Positions 9,481-19,126 of a stretch of 64,000 bases of DNA are shown here, one piece after another. The number at the start of each line of letters is the position of its first letter. The stretch's first letter is position 1. Source of the stretch: Proteiniphilum sp. Its GTDB lineage: Bacteria; Bacteroidota; Bacteroidia; Bacteroidales; Dysgonomonadaceae. Below the pieces are notes generated by a model. That model ran no database searches. It was not told the origin of the DNA and saw only the letters and a list, made by a program, of their open reading frames with translations. Position numbers and translations under genes: made by a program. The stretch spans positions 11,927 through 75,926 of the forward strand of contig NZ_JAWRIS010000012.1 of the NCBI RefSeq assembly GCF_040307845.1, read 5' to 3'.

Positions 9481-12400
9481 TTAGAATGAAAAGTTTACAC
9501 CAAACATAAATGTCCGTGGAGTCGGGTACGAAGAATAGTTGTAACCAGGCGTAAATGTGCCTCCGGCAAAGTCCGCGTTGTACCCCGTGTAGTTGCTCAG
9601 TGTGGCCAGGTTTTGGGCCGACACATATAGACGGACACTGTTCACATAGTTATTGAACCATCTGTCAGAGAAGTTATAACCCAGTGAGATGTTGGCAATT
9701 TTCAAATAGGCTCCATTTTGCAGGAAACGCCCGCTGAACATGTCGTTGGTGATTGAACCGGTAGATTTGTATGCCACGCGGGGCACATTGGTATTTGTGT
9801 TCTCCGGTGTCCAGGCGTTCAACAGCGCAACGTTCTTATTGAGTATGCCATAAGAGCTGCGCAAGGTGACGTCTACAAAATCAACCACCTTAAAACCTGC
9901 AGCTCCATAAGTGGCTATGCTCAGGTCAAAACCTTTCCATTCAAGGCGCGCGTTCAACCCAAAATGAACCTTTGGTATACCACTACCCAGATAGGCTTGG
10001 TCTTCGTTGGTGATCTCGCCATCGTTGTTGAGATCGGCATAGGCCACGTCTCCCGGTTGTGCCCCGGGTTGGTTGATATACAGGCCCTCCGCATTGACAC
10101 GGTTGTCAATCTCCGCCTGCGACTGGAAGATACCTTCGTACACATAACCATAGAATGAACCTACTTCACGGCCTACCTCCGTGCGGCTGTAGCCATCGGT
10201 GCGCGGTTCTCCTGAAACACCCAGTTTCGTCACCTTGTTCTTGAGGGTGGAGAAGTTGGCGGTAACATCATACTTAAAAGCATTCCGACGATTGCGATAC
10301 GTAACCAGGAACTCAAGACCGGAGTTTTCCATTGTAGCCGCGTTCATTGTCACCGTTTCGTTGGTGGCGCCCGCATTGGCCGGCACTGCCACACTGTAAA
10401 GCAGGTCTTCCGAGGTTGACTTGTACCAGTCGAATGTGAACTCCAACTGGTTGTTGAACATACCCAGATCGAAGCCGAAATCGAGCATCTTCTTCTTCTC
10501 CCACCGGATAGCCGTATTCACATAGTTTGAGATAGCTGATCCGGTGACCTTATTATTTCCAAAGCTATAAGTGTAGTTTCCTCTCGCCATGATATCCATA
10601 TACTGGTATTCGCCTATGTTTTCGTTACCAAGCTCACCGTAGCTGCCGCGAAGCTTTAACAGGTTGATTAACGATGGATTTACGTTGAAGAAGTTTTCAC
10701 GTTCGATACGCCAACCTGCCGATACCGAAGGAAACCAACCCCAACGGTCATCTGAAGATAGACGACTTGAACCATCACGGCGAACGGTTGCCGACAGGAG
10801 GTATTTCTCATCGAAATCGTAATTGATACGGCCAATATAGGATGCCAGCACGTGCTCACTTTCATAGGTTCCGGCGGCAGTCTCCTCAGCATTATTCACT
10901 TGCAAATAATAGGGCTCAGGCAGGTTAACCCCCTTGCCTGTGAGCGTGTGGTAGCGTTCGCGCTGGAAAGTCTGACCCACGACCATATTGATGTGATTGC
11001 GTCCAAAATTGCCATCGTAGTTGAGCAGGTTTTCAACCAGCGCGTCGCTGTAATTACGATAGCCCTGCGACAGAGTCTCATTGCTCTTCGACAAATAGTT
11101 CGTCGTGCTCTGGATAAATGCAGGCACAAAGGTAAAATCCTTTGCATATGTCTTGCTATATGACAAGTTGAGCTTGTAATCAAGCTTGTGATTTTTGCTC
11201 TCACGGCCCATCATCTCAATAAGATCCACATTTGCCGAACCTGAAGCGACAATGCGGTCAACCACAGCGTTTCTTTTCAAAAGACTATTGGTGAGTAAAA
11301 CGTTGGTCACACGCAAATCGCCATGCACATCTTCATAATAGGTGCCAAAACCATAAGAGTCATAGGTGTATTGTGAAGCACCGGCAATCTTGTCGTCAAG
11401 CACCCAGGTCGACTCATCATAGGCCTTGATGGATGGAGGTAAAAGCAGAGCCGACGCCATCACGGGGAATTGCGCGCCATATAGCCCCTGCACGTACTCG
11501 TTGGCGTTGCTGAGCGCCATATTATCCTGATCGCTGTGGCTATACACCACATTCGTTTGGAATTTGACGAACTTAACATCCATGGTATTGTTCAGGCGGG
11601 CCGTGTAACGTTCGAAGTTTGGGCCGGCGCCTACCATCGTCCCTTCCTGGTTATAGTAATCGAGGCCGATGTTGTACGTATTGTTGGCGCCACCTCCCGA
11701 AATGTTGATATTGTGATTCTGTCGAATACCGGATTTGAACGCCTCATCAAACCAATTGGTGTTCACCACACTGGGATCAACATACTTTTCACTTACGGGA
11801 TTATAGCCGGCAGGAACATCCATGCCACTATTGCCGTATGCCATGTTGACGTACTCTCCATATTGGTAGGCGTCCATCACATCATATACGCCACTCCTCA
11901 CCCGGTCAACGCCAAAATAACCGCTGTAATCTATCTTCGCCTTCTTGTCCTTGGCGCCTTGCTTTGTGGTGATGATCACTACGCCATTGGCGGCACGTGA
12001 ACCGTAAATCGCCGCGGCGGAAGCATCCTTGAGCACCTGGAGTGTTTCGATATCATTGGGAGAGAAGTCGCGGATGGTTGTTCCCATGGGCACACCATCT
12101 ACCACGTAAAGCGGGGCAGTGCTTCCAAACGAACCGACCCCCCGGATACGTACCATAGGATCGGCACCCGGTTGACCATCAGAAGTTATTTGCACACCGG
12201 CAACCTTTCCCTCAAGCATCGTGGAGATGTTTGAGTGCGATACTTTCTTCAGCTCATCCGTATTGACAACAGCCACTGAACCGGTAAGGTCGACCTTACG
12301 CTGCGTGCCGTAACCGATCACCACTACCTGGTCGAGTTCTGTTAAATCTGACACCAACATGATGGCTCCGAGTTCCGTTTTCCCTCCAACGGATATTTCA

Positions 12401-12678
12401 ACATTTTTGTATCCCACAAAAGATACTACCAACATGGCATCCGAAGGTACGGAAAGAGAAAAATTGCCATCATAATCGGTAACGGTACCGATGGCAGTAC
12501 CTTTCTGTTGCACGGTCGCACCCGGAAGCGGGTCCCCATATTCGTCAACAACTTTACCTTTCACCGTTATCTCGCCGGCTTGCGTTATCAGTACCTGTCC
12601 GGCATTGCCGTTACCTTCTGCATAGGTAACCGGCGTAAAAGCCAGTAATCCTATCAGTATAAAAAATAGATATTTCAT
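9481..12678 (-). CDS. SusC/RagA family TonB-dependent transporter
   Basis: 1065 aa. 'LKDASAAAIYGSRAANGVVIITTK' plug motif; C-terminal 'YPTPRTFMFGVNFSF'. Confidence 0.95.
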   Translation of the reverse strand: MKYLFFILIGLLAFTPVTYAEGNGNAGQVLITQAGEITVKGKVVDEYGDPLPGATVQQKGTAIGTVTDYDGNFSLSVPSDAMLVVSFVGYKNVEISVGGKTELGAIMLVSDLTELDQVVVIGYGTQRKVDLTGSVAVVNTDELKKVSHSNISTMLEGKVAGVQITSDGQPGADPMVRIRGVGSFGSTAPLYVVDGVPMGTTIRDFSPNDIETLQVLKDASAAAIYGSRAANGVVIITTKQGAKDKKAKIDYSGYFGVDRVRSGVYDVMDAYQYGEYVNMAYGNSGMDVPAGYNPVSEKYVDPSVVNTNWFDEAFKSGIRQNHNINISGGGANNTYNIGLDYYNQEGTMVGAGPNFERYTARLNNTMDVKFVKFQTNVVYSHSDQDNMALSNANEYVQGLYGAQFPVMASALLLPPSIKAYDESTWVLDDKIAGASQYTYDSYGFGTYYEDVHGDLRVTNVLLTNSLLKRNAVVDRIVASGSANVDLIEMMGRESKNHKLDYKLNLSYSKTYAKDFTFVPAFIQSTTNYLSKSNETLSQGYRNYSDALVENLLNYDGNFGRNHINMVVGQTFQRERYHTLTGKGVNLPEPYYLQVNNAEETAAGTYESEHVLASYIGRINYDFDEKYLLSATVRRDGSSRLSSDDRWGWFPSVSAGWRIERENFFNVNPSLINLLKLRGSYGELGNENIGEYQYMDIMARGNYTYSFGNNKVTGSAISNYVNTAIRWEKKKMLDFGFDLGMFNNQLEFTFDWYKSTSEDLLYSVAVPANAGATNETVTMNAATMENSGLEFLVTYRNRRNAFKYDVTANFSTLKNKVTKLGVSGEPRTDGYSRTEVGREVGSFYGYVYEGIFQSQAEIDNRVNAEGLYINQPGAQPGDVAYADLNNDGEITNEDQAYLGSGIPKVHFGLNARLEWKGFDLSIATYGAAGFKVVDFVDVTLRSSYGILNKNVALLNAWTPENTNTNVPRVAYKSTGSITNDMFSGRFLQNGAYLKIANISLGYNFSDRWFNNYVNSVRLYVSAQNLATLSNYTGYNADFAGGTFTPGYNYSSYPTPRTFMFGVNFSF

Positions 12679-12708
12679 ATGATTAAAACTTTTATTTTTT
12701 CACAGTGA

Positions 12709-14463
12709 TTATTCTACAATTACGACGTAAGCCCCCTCGATGACGAGCGCGCAATTCAAGTCACTACTGTCAACTGTAATGCCCTCATACTTCTGGAAAT
12801 GGGTCTCGCCGTTCACGTAAGTGACATTATAAAGCACATCGGCGGTATTGTCCCCTTTGTTGGTGACGGTGATGACCACCCTGGAGCCGTTTATGCTTGA
12901 TGCGAACGTATCAAAATTCCAGTCAGACGCAAGGGTAGCTGTATCATAACCGCTGCCCCATCCGAAGTGATCCATACGAACCACGGCATATTCAGTCTTG
13001 TCGGCTTTGCGGAGAAGGGTACATGGGCTGTGCCAATTATTAAGGTTGTTGGAGTAGCAATACATGGTCAGGGTCTTGCTCTCACCCGATGCAACGGCAT
13101 AGTCCTCAGAGAATTCTTCCCACCACGGGGTAGAAAAGTCGTTATAACCCACCTGGGCTATCCCCTTGACAAGTGTTACCGGGCAAGTGGTCGTTACCGT
13201 GCTTGTGGCTCCGGTGTAAGAAATAACGGCACCTTGAGAACCTTCAACTGCCGGGATCTCATCGAACTCCAGCGTTGAGTTGGCCACGACACCGGTTGTA
13301 CCGTCGGAATAGGTGGCTGTAACTACCAGACCCTTCGTGTTGAACAATATCGGGTCACTGCCAAAGAAATAATATTGGGTTATGTTTGGCATAGTAGTAA
13401 TTTCCAGACTTATCACGGGATTAGTTACTTCCAGGGTATAGAAAGTTGATACAGCCGGACCATAAGCTCCTTGCTTCGTCTTGCTGTAAGAGACAATAAC
13501 GGTCTTCTTTCCAAGGGTAGACATGTCAGGTATCACCGTAAACGATATCTCTCCGGCACCCACCTGCTCGGAAGATCCGTCGGCATAAGTGACCGTTGCC
13601 GTCGCATCACCCCAGAAATCCTCATCACCGAATTCAACAAATTCAGGAGTACCTGCCACCGTAATTGAAACCGGCGCGACATCTTCCACAACAGTAATTT
13701 TCGAAGGTGTGAGGTAAGCTTCCTTCATCTCAAAATAGCTGCCGTCACAAACTAAGAAAGCTACGATATCCTTAGCCGCGGAAACCGGTTGCTGGTAAGT
13801 CATTTCCAGTTCTGTTCCATTTGTTCCGATTGCCGTGGCCGTCACAAACACATTCCCGGTAGCCGAATGATCAATTTCCAGAGTAACTTTAGCTCCTTGC
13901 ATGGTAATGCGGAAGTCATTCCAGATATCACCATTTCCATCGGTGTCGGGATAGTTGTGGGAAATCATGGCGGCATCCCAGGCATACCCCTCGTCAACCA
14001 TTTTTCCACCCCATCCATAGGCATCGGAACGAAGGACAAAGTATTCCTTGTAGCCGCTGGCATCACGGTCTGCCACCTCGTTGGTGACGGCGAGATTCCA
14101 GTTGTTCCAGTTGTTGATGCCGGAAGAGTGGTTTACAAACTCCAAATGCAATCGTTTGTTTGAAGGAATGGTAAAGTAATCAGAGAATGCAGACCACCAG
14201 GCAGCACTGTTATCTTCAGCACCGATAATCGGCGTGGCAATGTCGACGTAGATAGTATCTCCTGTGGACTGTTTGGCCTTTTCGGCCGCAATTGAATCGA
14301 TTCTGTTCTGTAGGTCTGAGGGTGCATTGATGGAGTAATTCTCCAATTTTTCGCACCTCACTAAGCCAAATGCTGCCAATAGTGCCAGTACTGCCACGTA
14401 GAAGGTGCTCCTCATTAATTTAGCTGTTTTCATACGATTAAAATTATTAATTATATTTTTCAC
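12709..14463 (-). CDS. Surface glycan-binding protein-like lipoprotein: two copies of a Trp-rich module separated by two bacterial Ig-like repeats
   Basis: Lipobox-like GLVRC (start may be 14433). Ig-like repeats 'ATATVTYADGS' and 'LVVTATYSDGT'; first gene of the SusC/D unit. Confidence 0.7.
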   Translation of the reverse strand: MKNIINNFNRMKTAKLMRSTFYVAVLALLAAFGLVRCEKLENYSINAPSDLQNRIDSIAAEKAKQSTGDTIYVDIATPIIGAEDNSAAWWSAFSDYFTIPSNKRLHLEFVNHSSGINNWNNWNLAVTNEVADRDASGYKEYFVLRSDAYGWGGKMVDEGYAWDAAMISHNYPDTDGNGDIWNDFRITMQGAKVTLEIDHSATGNVFVTATAIGTNGTELEMTYQQPVSAAKDIVAFLVCDGSYFEMKEAYLTPSKITVVEDVAPVSITVAGTPEFVEFGDEDFWGDATATVTYADGSSEQVGAGEISFTVIPDMSTLGKKTVIVSYSKTKQGAYGPAVSTFYTLEVTNPVISLEITTMPNITQYYFFGSDPILFNTKGLVVTATYSDGTTGVVANSTLEFDEIPAVEGSQGAVISYTGATSTVTTTCPVTLVKGIAQVGYNDFSTPWWEEFSEDYAVASGESKTLTMYCYSNNLNNWHSPCTLLRKADKTEYAVVRMDHFGWGSGYDTATLASDWNFDTFASSINGSRVVITVTNKGDNTADVLYNVTYVNGETHFQKYEGITVDSSDLNCALVIEGAYVVIVE

Positions 14464-14515
14464 TGATTTTCGATATCTATTTTTACATGATTAAAAAACA
14501 GACTTTGAATTGCTG

Positions 14516-14574
14516 CAAAGATTTGAATAATTATGTTAACAATGGTGGACAAAAAAATCAATAAGGTGGAGAAA
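14516..14574 (-). promoter_or_regulatory. Leftward promoter: direct-repeat operator family B plus degenerate -7 box
   Basis: Minus-strand TTTCTCCACC (14574-14565) and TTTGTCCACC (14553-14544), 21-bp period, then a 20-nt gap to AATCTTTG (14523-14516). Confidence 0.65.
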
Positions 14575-14602
14575 TGAGCACTCCCCTCCCCATAACCTCT
14601 CT

Positions 14603-14661
14603 TTTGTCCACCATCTATGTTCATTTCTCTACCTCCCTGTTATAAATTGTCATTTTATTTG
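14603..14661 (+). promoter_or_regulatory. Rightward promoter: direct-repeat operator family B plus degenerate -7 box
   Basis: TTTGTCCACC (14603-14612) and TTTCTCTACC (14624-14633), 21-bp period, then a 20-nt gap to TTTATTTG (14654-14661). Confidence 0.62.
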
Positions 14662-14686
14662 TAGATAAATAATAATAGCAAATATT

Positions 14687-16198
14687 ATGAAGAAAAATTA
14701 TTGTCGACTGCGATCCTATTATTTTATTATTACAGTTTCCATATCACTGTTATTGTTCTCCTGCAAACAAAAGCAATCATTCACCGTGACGGAGAAAATG
14801 CCGAACCCGTGGGCCGATAACTATATCCCCGTCTCTTCCATGGAACATTATAAAGAATGGGGCGCATACAATGTGCATGATCCGGCGATTAAAAAATTTG
14901 GCGATTATTACTATATCTATTCCACCGACGCGATTTTTGCGGAAGATAAAAAAGTGGCTGCAGAAAAAAATGTCCCTCTTGGATATATCCAGGTCAGGAG
15001 GTCGAAAGACCTCGTCCATTGGGAATTTGTAGGATGGGCATTTCCTGAAATCCCGCAAGAGGCGGTTGACTGGGTACATGCCAATAATTCAGGACAGGGA
15101 GCTACCAACATCTGGGCGCCTTATGTAATGAAAAAGGGTGATACATACAGGCTTTACTTCAGCGTGTCGGCATTCGGTAAAAAGACCTCCTGGATTGGCC
15201 TTGCGGAGTCTGATTCACCCGAAGGGCCCTGGGAGCAAAAAGGAGCAGTGGTGAAAACCAACGACAATACCCCCATGAATGCCATCGATCCGAGTGTGAT
15301 TGAAGATGTAGACAACGGAAAGATATGGATGCACTACGGCTCATTTTTCGGAGGGTTGTATTGCGTTGAGCTCGATCCGGAAACAGGATTGACCATGGAA
15401 AAAGACAATCTGGGCCATCTGATAGCCCGACGGGCCAATTACCGGAAAGATAACCTTGAAGCGCCGGAAATCATTTATAATCCCGAACTGAAGAAGTACT
15501 TTCTTTTTGTATCGTACGATCCTTTGATGACTACCTACAACATCCGCGTGGGGCGGTCAGACAAACCTGAAGGTCCCTTTTACGACTATTTCGGGAAAAA
15601 TCTGAATGACACCGTCAATAACTATCCTATCATAATAGCACCCTATCAATTCAACAATCATCCCGGATGGGCAGGAACAGGTCATTGCGGGGTGGTTGTC
15701 ACAGATGCCGGAAGATACTTCATGGCCCATCAGGGGCGTCTGTCGCCACACAATCATCTGATGGTACTGCATGTCAGGGAACTTTTTTTCACACCTGACG
15801 GATGGCCGGTTGCTTCCCCCCAAAGATTCGCGGGTAACGAAAAGCGAAAAGTGGACAGGGAAATGGTTACAGGCAACTGGGAGTTGATCCGGATCATGGA
15901 ACCCAAATACGAACGACAGCTTGAGGCAGGCCAGATAATGTGGGGAGAGGGAAGTTTAAAAGAGGAAGAATGGAACTATTCATTCCTTCTACAACTGAAG
16001 GATGACGGGAGCACCAATGACAATGGCTCGTGGAGTCTCAACGAAAAAAATCAGTCTGTCACATTGAAAATCGGCCAGGAGACCATCCGTGATTTATTCA
16101 TCTTTCCGGGACACGACTGGGAAAACCAGGCACGGACAATACTGCTTACCGGGCTGGATGACAGGGGCCGCTCGGTATGGGGTAAACGAATAGAATAA
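14687..16198 (+). CDS. GH43 endo-arabinanase-like lipoprotein
   Basis: 503 aa. Lipobox LLFSC; 'YNVHDPAI', 'IWAPYV', 'NAIDPSV', 'YGSFFGG', 'LEAPEIIY'. Confidence 0.9.
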   Translation: MKKNYCRLRSYYFIITVSISLLLFSCKQKQSFTVTEKMPNPWADNYIPVSSMEHYKEWGAYNVHDPAIKKFGDYYYIYSTDAIFAEDKKVAAEKNVPLGYIQVRRSKDLVHWEFVGWAFPEIPQEAVDWVHANNSGQGATNIWAPYVMKKGDTYRLYFSVSAFGKKTSWIGLAESDSPEGPWEQKGAVVKTNDNTPMNAIDPSVIEDVDNGKIWMHYGSFFGGLYCVELDPETGLTMEKDNLGHLIARRANYRKDNLEAPEIIYNPELKKYFLFVSYDPLMTTYNIRVGRSDKPEGPFYDYFGKNLNDTVNNYPIIIAPYQFNNHPGWAGTGHCGVVVTDAGRYFMAHQGRLSPHNHLMVLHVRELFFTPDGWPVASPQRFAGNEKRKVDREMVTGNWELIRIMEPKYERQLEAGQIMWGEGSLKEEEWNYSFLLQLKDDGSTNDNGSWSLNEKNQSVTLKIGQETIRDLFIFPGHDWENQARTILLTGLDDRGRSVWGKRIE

Positions 16199-16209
16199 AA
16201 ATCTTTATG

Positions 16210-16899
16210 TCACAAAGAGAAATAATATCCTTTCTGGAGCAACCGATCGTATTTCTCCTTGTTGAATTTGTAATAGAATGCACCACGCTTTGAGTTTGAC
16301 TTATCTTTGTCATCCTGTTTTTCAAGGATATCCATTTCCAGTATTTTTTTTCGGAAATTGCGCTTATCGAGCGAATTCTGATAAATGGCTTCGTACAGGG
16401 ATTGCAATTGGGGCAAGGTGAACTTTTCGGGGAGCAGGTTGAATCCTAATGGCTGTGTGGCTGCTTTTCTCCTCAGTATGGCAATGGTATCCTCCAGCAT
16501 TTGATTATGATCGAAGATCAATTTGCCTACCTTATCCAGCTCCTCCCAACGGGCATTGTGTATTTTACACAGTTCATCATCGAATAACTCAAGGTTAATG
16601 AGGGCATAATAAGCAATCGAGACAACGCGTTCCCCTTCGTCACGGTGAATATTTCCATATGTGCCTACCTGTTCCATATATACATCTTTAATGCCGGTAT
16701 ATTCATATAATACGCGCGAGACTGTTTCTTCCAGATCTTCGTCCGATCGCAAAAATCCCCCCATCAGGGTATCCTGGTTTTTCAATGGTTCGAATTTACG
16801 TTTCGAGACTAATAAATACAATTTTCCCTTTGTGAAACCCAATATGATACAATCAACCGATAGTAAAAATTTCTCTTGTTCTATATAAAACGGTGCCAT
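16210..16899 (-). CDS. araR: AraR, NrtR-family (NUDIX + wHTH) L-arabinose repressor
   Basis: 229 aa. 'LSVDCIILGF...LMGGF...EQVGTYG..RD..RVVSIAY' NUDIX-like domain plus 'FTLPQLQSLYEAI...LDKRNFRKKI' wHTH; divergent from the ara operon. Confidence 0.85.
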   Translation of the reverse strand: MAPFYIEQEKFLLSVDCIILGFTKGKLYLLVSKRKFEPLKNQDTLMGGFLRSDEDLEETVSRVLYEYTGIKDVYMEQVGTYGNIHRDEGERVVSIAYYALINLELFDDELCKIHNARWEELDKVGKLIFDHNQMLEDTIAILRRKAATQPLGFNLLPEKFTLPQLQSLYEAIYQNSLDKRNFRKKILEMDILEKQDDKDKSNSKRGAFYYKFNKEKYDRLLQKGYYFSL

Positions 16900-16916
16900 T
16901 CAGAATATTTTTTGCG

Positions 16917-16924
16917 CAAAGGTA
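16917..16924 (-). promoter_or_regulatory. -7 promoter box (TACCTTTG) for araR
   Basis: Exact TAnnTTTG followed by CGC, 17 bp upstream of the araR ATG. Confidence 0.7.
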
Positions 16925-17045
16925 CAATATATTTCACCAATCTCCGGTATCGGAATAGATGTAATACCCTCTCAAATGTTCATTCTGCAAAAATCATCCC
17001 GATATAATAACCTTAGTATTAGGTTAAAATAAATATTATCCGTTT

Positions 17046-17061
17046 TATGTTTTTAAACATA
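17046..17061. promoter_or_regulatory. Candidate Cur (BT4338-like CRP-family activator) site
   Basis: Palindrome TATGTT-TTTA-AACATA, matching the TATGTT-N4-AACATA motif recalled for this Bacteroides regulator. Confidence 0.65.
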
Positions 17062-17065
17062 TAAA

Positions 17066-17091
17066 AATAAGTGTCTAATACTACACTTATT
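17066..17091. promoter_or_regulatory. Candidate AraR operator
   Basis: Palindrome AATAAGTGT-CTAATACT-ACACTTATT directly upstream of the -7 box; NrtR/AraR-type AGTGT...ACACT core. Confidence 0.75.
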
Positions 17092-17093
17092 AT

Positions 17094-17101
17094 TAATTTT
17101 G
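17094..17101 (+). promoter_or_regulatory. -7 promoter box (TAATTTTG) for the GH97-GH51-ara operon
   Basis: Exact TAnnTTTG followed by CC, 53 bp upstream of the ATG at 17155. Confidence 0.75.
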
Positions 17102-17154
17102 CCACAGTAATTACGGAAAACTGTTTTTAACGCCAACAATAGTATTTTATCGTC

Positions 17155-19101
17155 ATGAAGAAATTATTGACTCTAATATTAATGACTTGCCTTTTTCAGC
17201 ACATTTCTGCCAATGATTTCATTATAGTGAGCCCGGATAGGAATTTGCAGGTCATGATTTTTCTGAAAGAGGGAGCTTTGAATTACAATGTAAGCTATAA
17301 AGGAAAAGCCATTCTGGAAGATTCACCTTTGGGTATGGTCACCAACGTAAGCGATTTCAGTCGGGACCTGGTATTTGTAGAGAAAAAGGAACAGGTTGTC
17401 AACAAGACATATAATGAGCCTAAGATAAAGCAAAGCCATGTGGAATATCGGGCTAATGAAGTGGTCGCCACCTATCAGACACCACAAGGGGAAAAGATCA
17501 CTATCACGTTTCATGTCGGCAACAATGATATCGCGTTCAAATACACGTTAGCACAGAACGGAGAGACAGCCCGATGCATCGTTGAAAAGGAGTTGACCGG
17601 ATTCAAATTTCCGCAGCAGACAACCACGTTTCTCACGCCGCAGGCCACGCCGATGATCGGTTGGATGCGAACCAAACCCAGCTACGAGGAGGAATATGTA
17701 CCCGACGAGCCGGTCGGTACACCTTCCAAATACGGTGTAGGATATACTTTCCCCGGATTATTCCATGTGGGTGATAACGGCTGGGCGCTGGTTTCAGAGA
17801 CCGGTGTCGGGAGCCTATACTGCGGGTCAAAATTAAGCGAAGGCAGCAAAGAGGGTCTTTACACCATTGCCTTTCCTGAAGAAGGTGAAAACAACGGTAT
17901 TGGCAGCGCTTTTCCGGCGATTCCCTTACCGGGAGAAACACCGTGGCGGACCATTACCGTGGGGGACAACCTGAAACCGATTGTGGAGACCACTATCGCA
18001 TTCGATGTAGTGGAACCGTTGTATGCACCTTCAATGGATTACCAGTTCGGACGTTCTACCTGGAGCTGGTTACTTTGGCAAGATGGGAGTATCAATTATG
18101 AGGACCAGAAAACGTTTATTGACCTCTCTGCAGAATTAGGATATGAGTTGGTATTGATAGATAATTGGTGGGATAGCCGCATTGGTCGTGAAAAGATAAA
18201 AGAGTTGGCACAGTATGCCGCTTCTAAAAATGTGGGTATCTGCCTGTGGTATAACTCAAACGGTTCCTGGAGCGATGCGCCACAGGGACCGAAAAACCGC
18301 ATGAACACTTCCGTATCACGGAAAAAAGAGATGGCTTGGCTGAAAAGCATTGGAGCGAAAGGGATAAAGGTGGATTTCTTTGGCGGTGACAAACAGGAGA
18401 CCATGAAATTATATGAAGATATACTGTCGGATGCCAACGATTATGGCCTGGCAGTGATCTTCCACGGTTGTACACTTCCTCGCGGATGGGAACGGATGTA
18501 TCCGAACTTTGCGGGAAGTGAGGCAGTACTTGCCTCCGAAAACCTGATCTTCACCCAACACGCCAATGGCACTGAAGCTTACAACGCCACATTACATCCG
18601 TTTATCCGGAACAGCGTGGCATCCATGGACTTTGGCCCCGTTTTGCTGAATAAGCGCCACAACCGGAATAACGACGGTGGAACCGAACGCAAGACCACAG
18701 AGATATTCCAGTTAGCTACCGCCGTACTGTTCCAGACCCCTGTGCAGAATTTCGGTATTACCCCAAATAACCTGACCGAATTTCCCTCGTTCGTTATTGA
18801 TTTTATGAAAGATATCCCCACTCTATGGGATGAGACAGTGTTTATCGACGGCTATCCCGGAAAATATGTCGTGTTGGCTCGTCGTCATGGTAAACAATGG
18901 TACGTGGCAGCTATCAATGCCGAAAAAGAAACCAGGAGACTGAAAGTGAAACTACCCATGTTCTCCGACACAAAAGTTGATAAGTATTCCGATAAAAAAG
19001 ACCGTTCCCCACAGCTGGAGCAGGTGAACATCAAGAAGACCGGGGAAATCATTTTGGAGATGGAACCCGGTGGCGGAGTGATTTTGAAAACAATAAGATA
19101 A
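17155..19101 (+). CDS. Glycoside hydrolase family 97 (probably retaining subgroup)
   Basis: 648 aa. Signal peptide; 'SPDRNLQV', 'TPWRTI', 'GIKVDFF', '[17 protein letters not shown]', 'MDFGP', '[12 protein letters not shown]'. Confidence 0.88.
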   Translation: MKKLLTLILMTCLFQHISANDFIIVSPDRNLQVMIFLKEGALNYNVSYKGKAILEDSPLGMVTNVSDFSRDLVFVEKKEQVVNKTYNEPKIKQSHVEYRANEVVATYQTPQGEKITITFHVGNNDIAFKYTLAQNGETARCIVEKELTGFKFPQQTTTFLTPQATPMIGWMRTKPSYEEEYVPDEPVGTPSKYGVGYTFPGLFHVGDNGWALVSETGVGSLYCGSKLSEGSKEGLYTIAFPEEGENNGIGSAFPAIPLPGETPWRTITVGDNLKPIVETTIAFDVVEPLYAPSMDYQFGRSTWSWLLWQDGSINYEDQKTFIDLSAELGYELVLIDNWWDSRIGREKIKELAQYAASKNVGICLWYNSNGSWSDAPQGPKNRMNTSVSRKKEMAWLKSIGAKGIKVDFFGGDKQETMKLYEDILSDANDYGLAVIFHGCTLPRGWERMYPNFAGSEAVLASENLIFTQHANGTEAYNATLHPFIRNSVASMDFGPVLLNKRHNRNNDGGTERKTTEIFQLATAVLFQTPVQNFGITPNNLTEFPSFVIDFMKDIPTLWDETVFIDGYPGKYVVLARRHGKQWYVAAINAEKETRRLKVKLPMFSDTKVDKYSDKKDRSPQLEQVNIKKTGEIILEMEPGGGVILKTIR

Positions 19102-19126
19102 ACATAACGATAAAAATCAGAGATTT

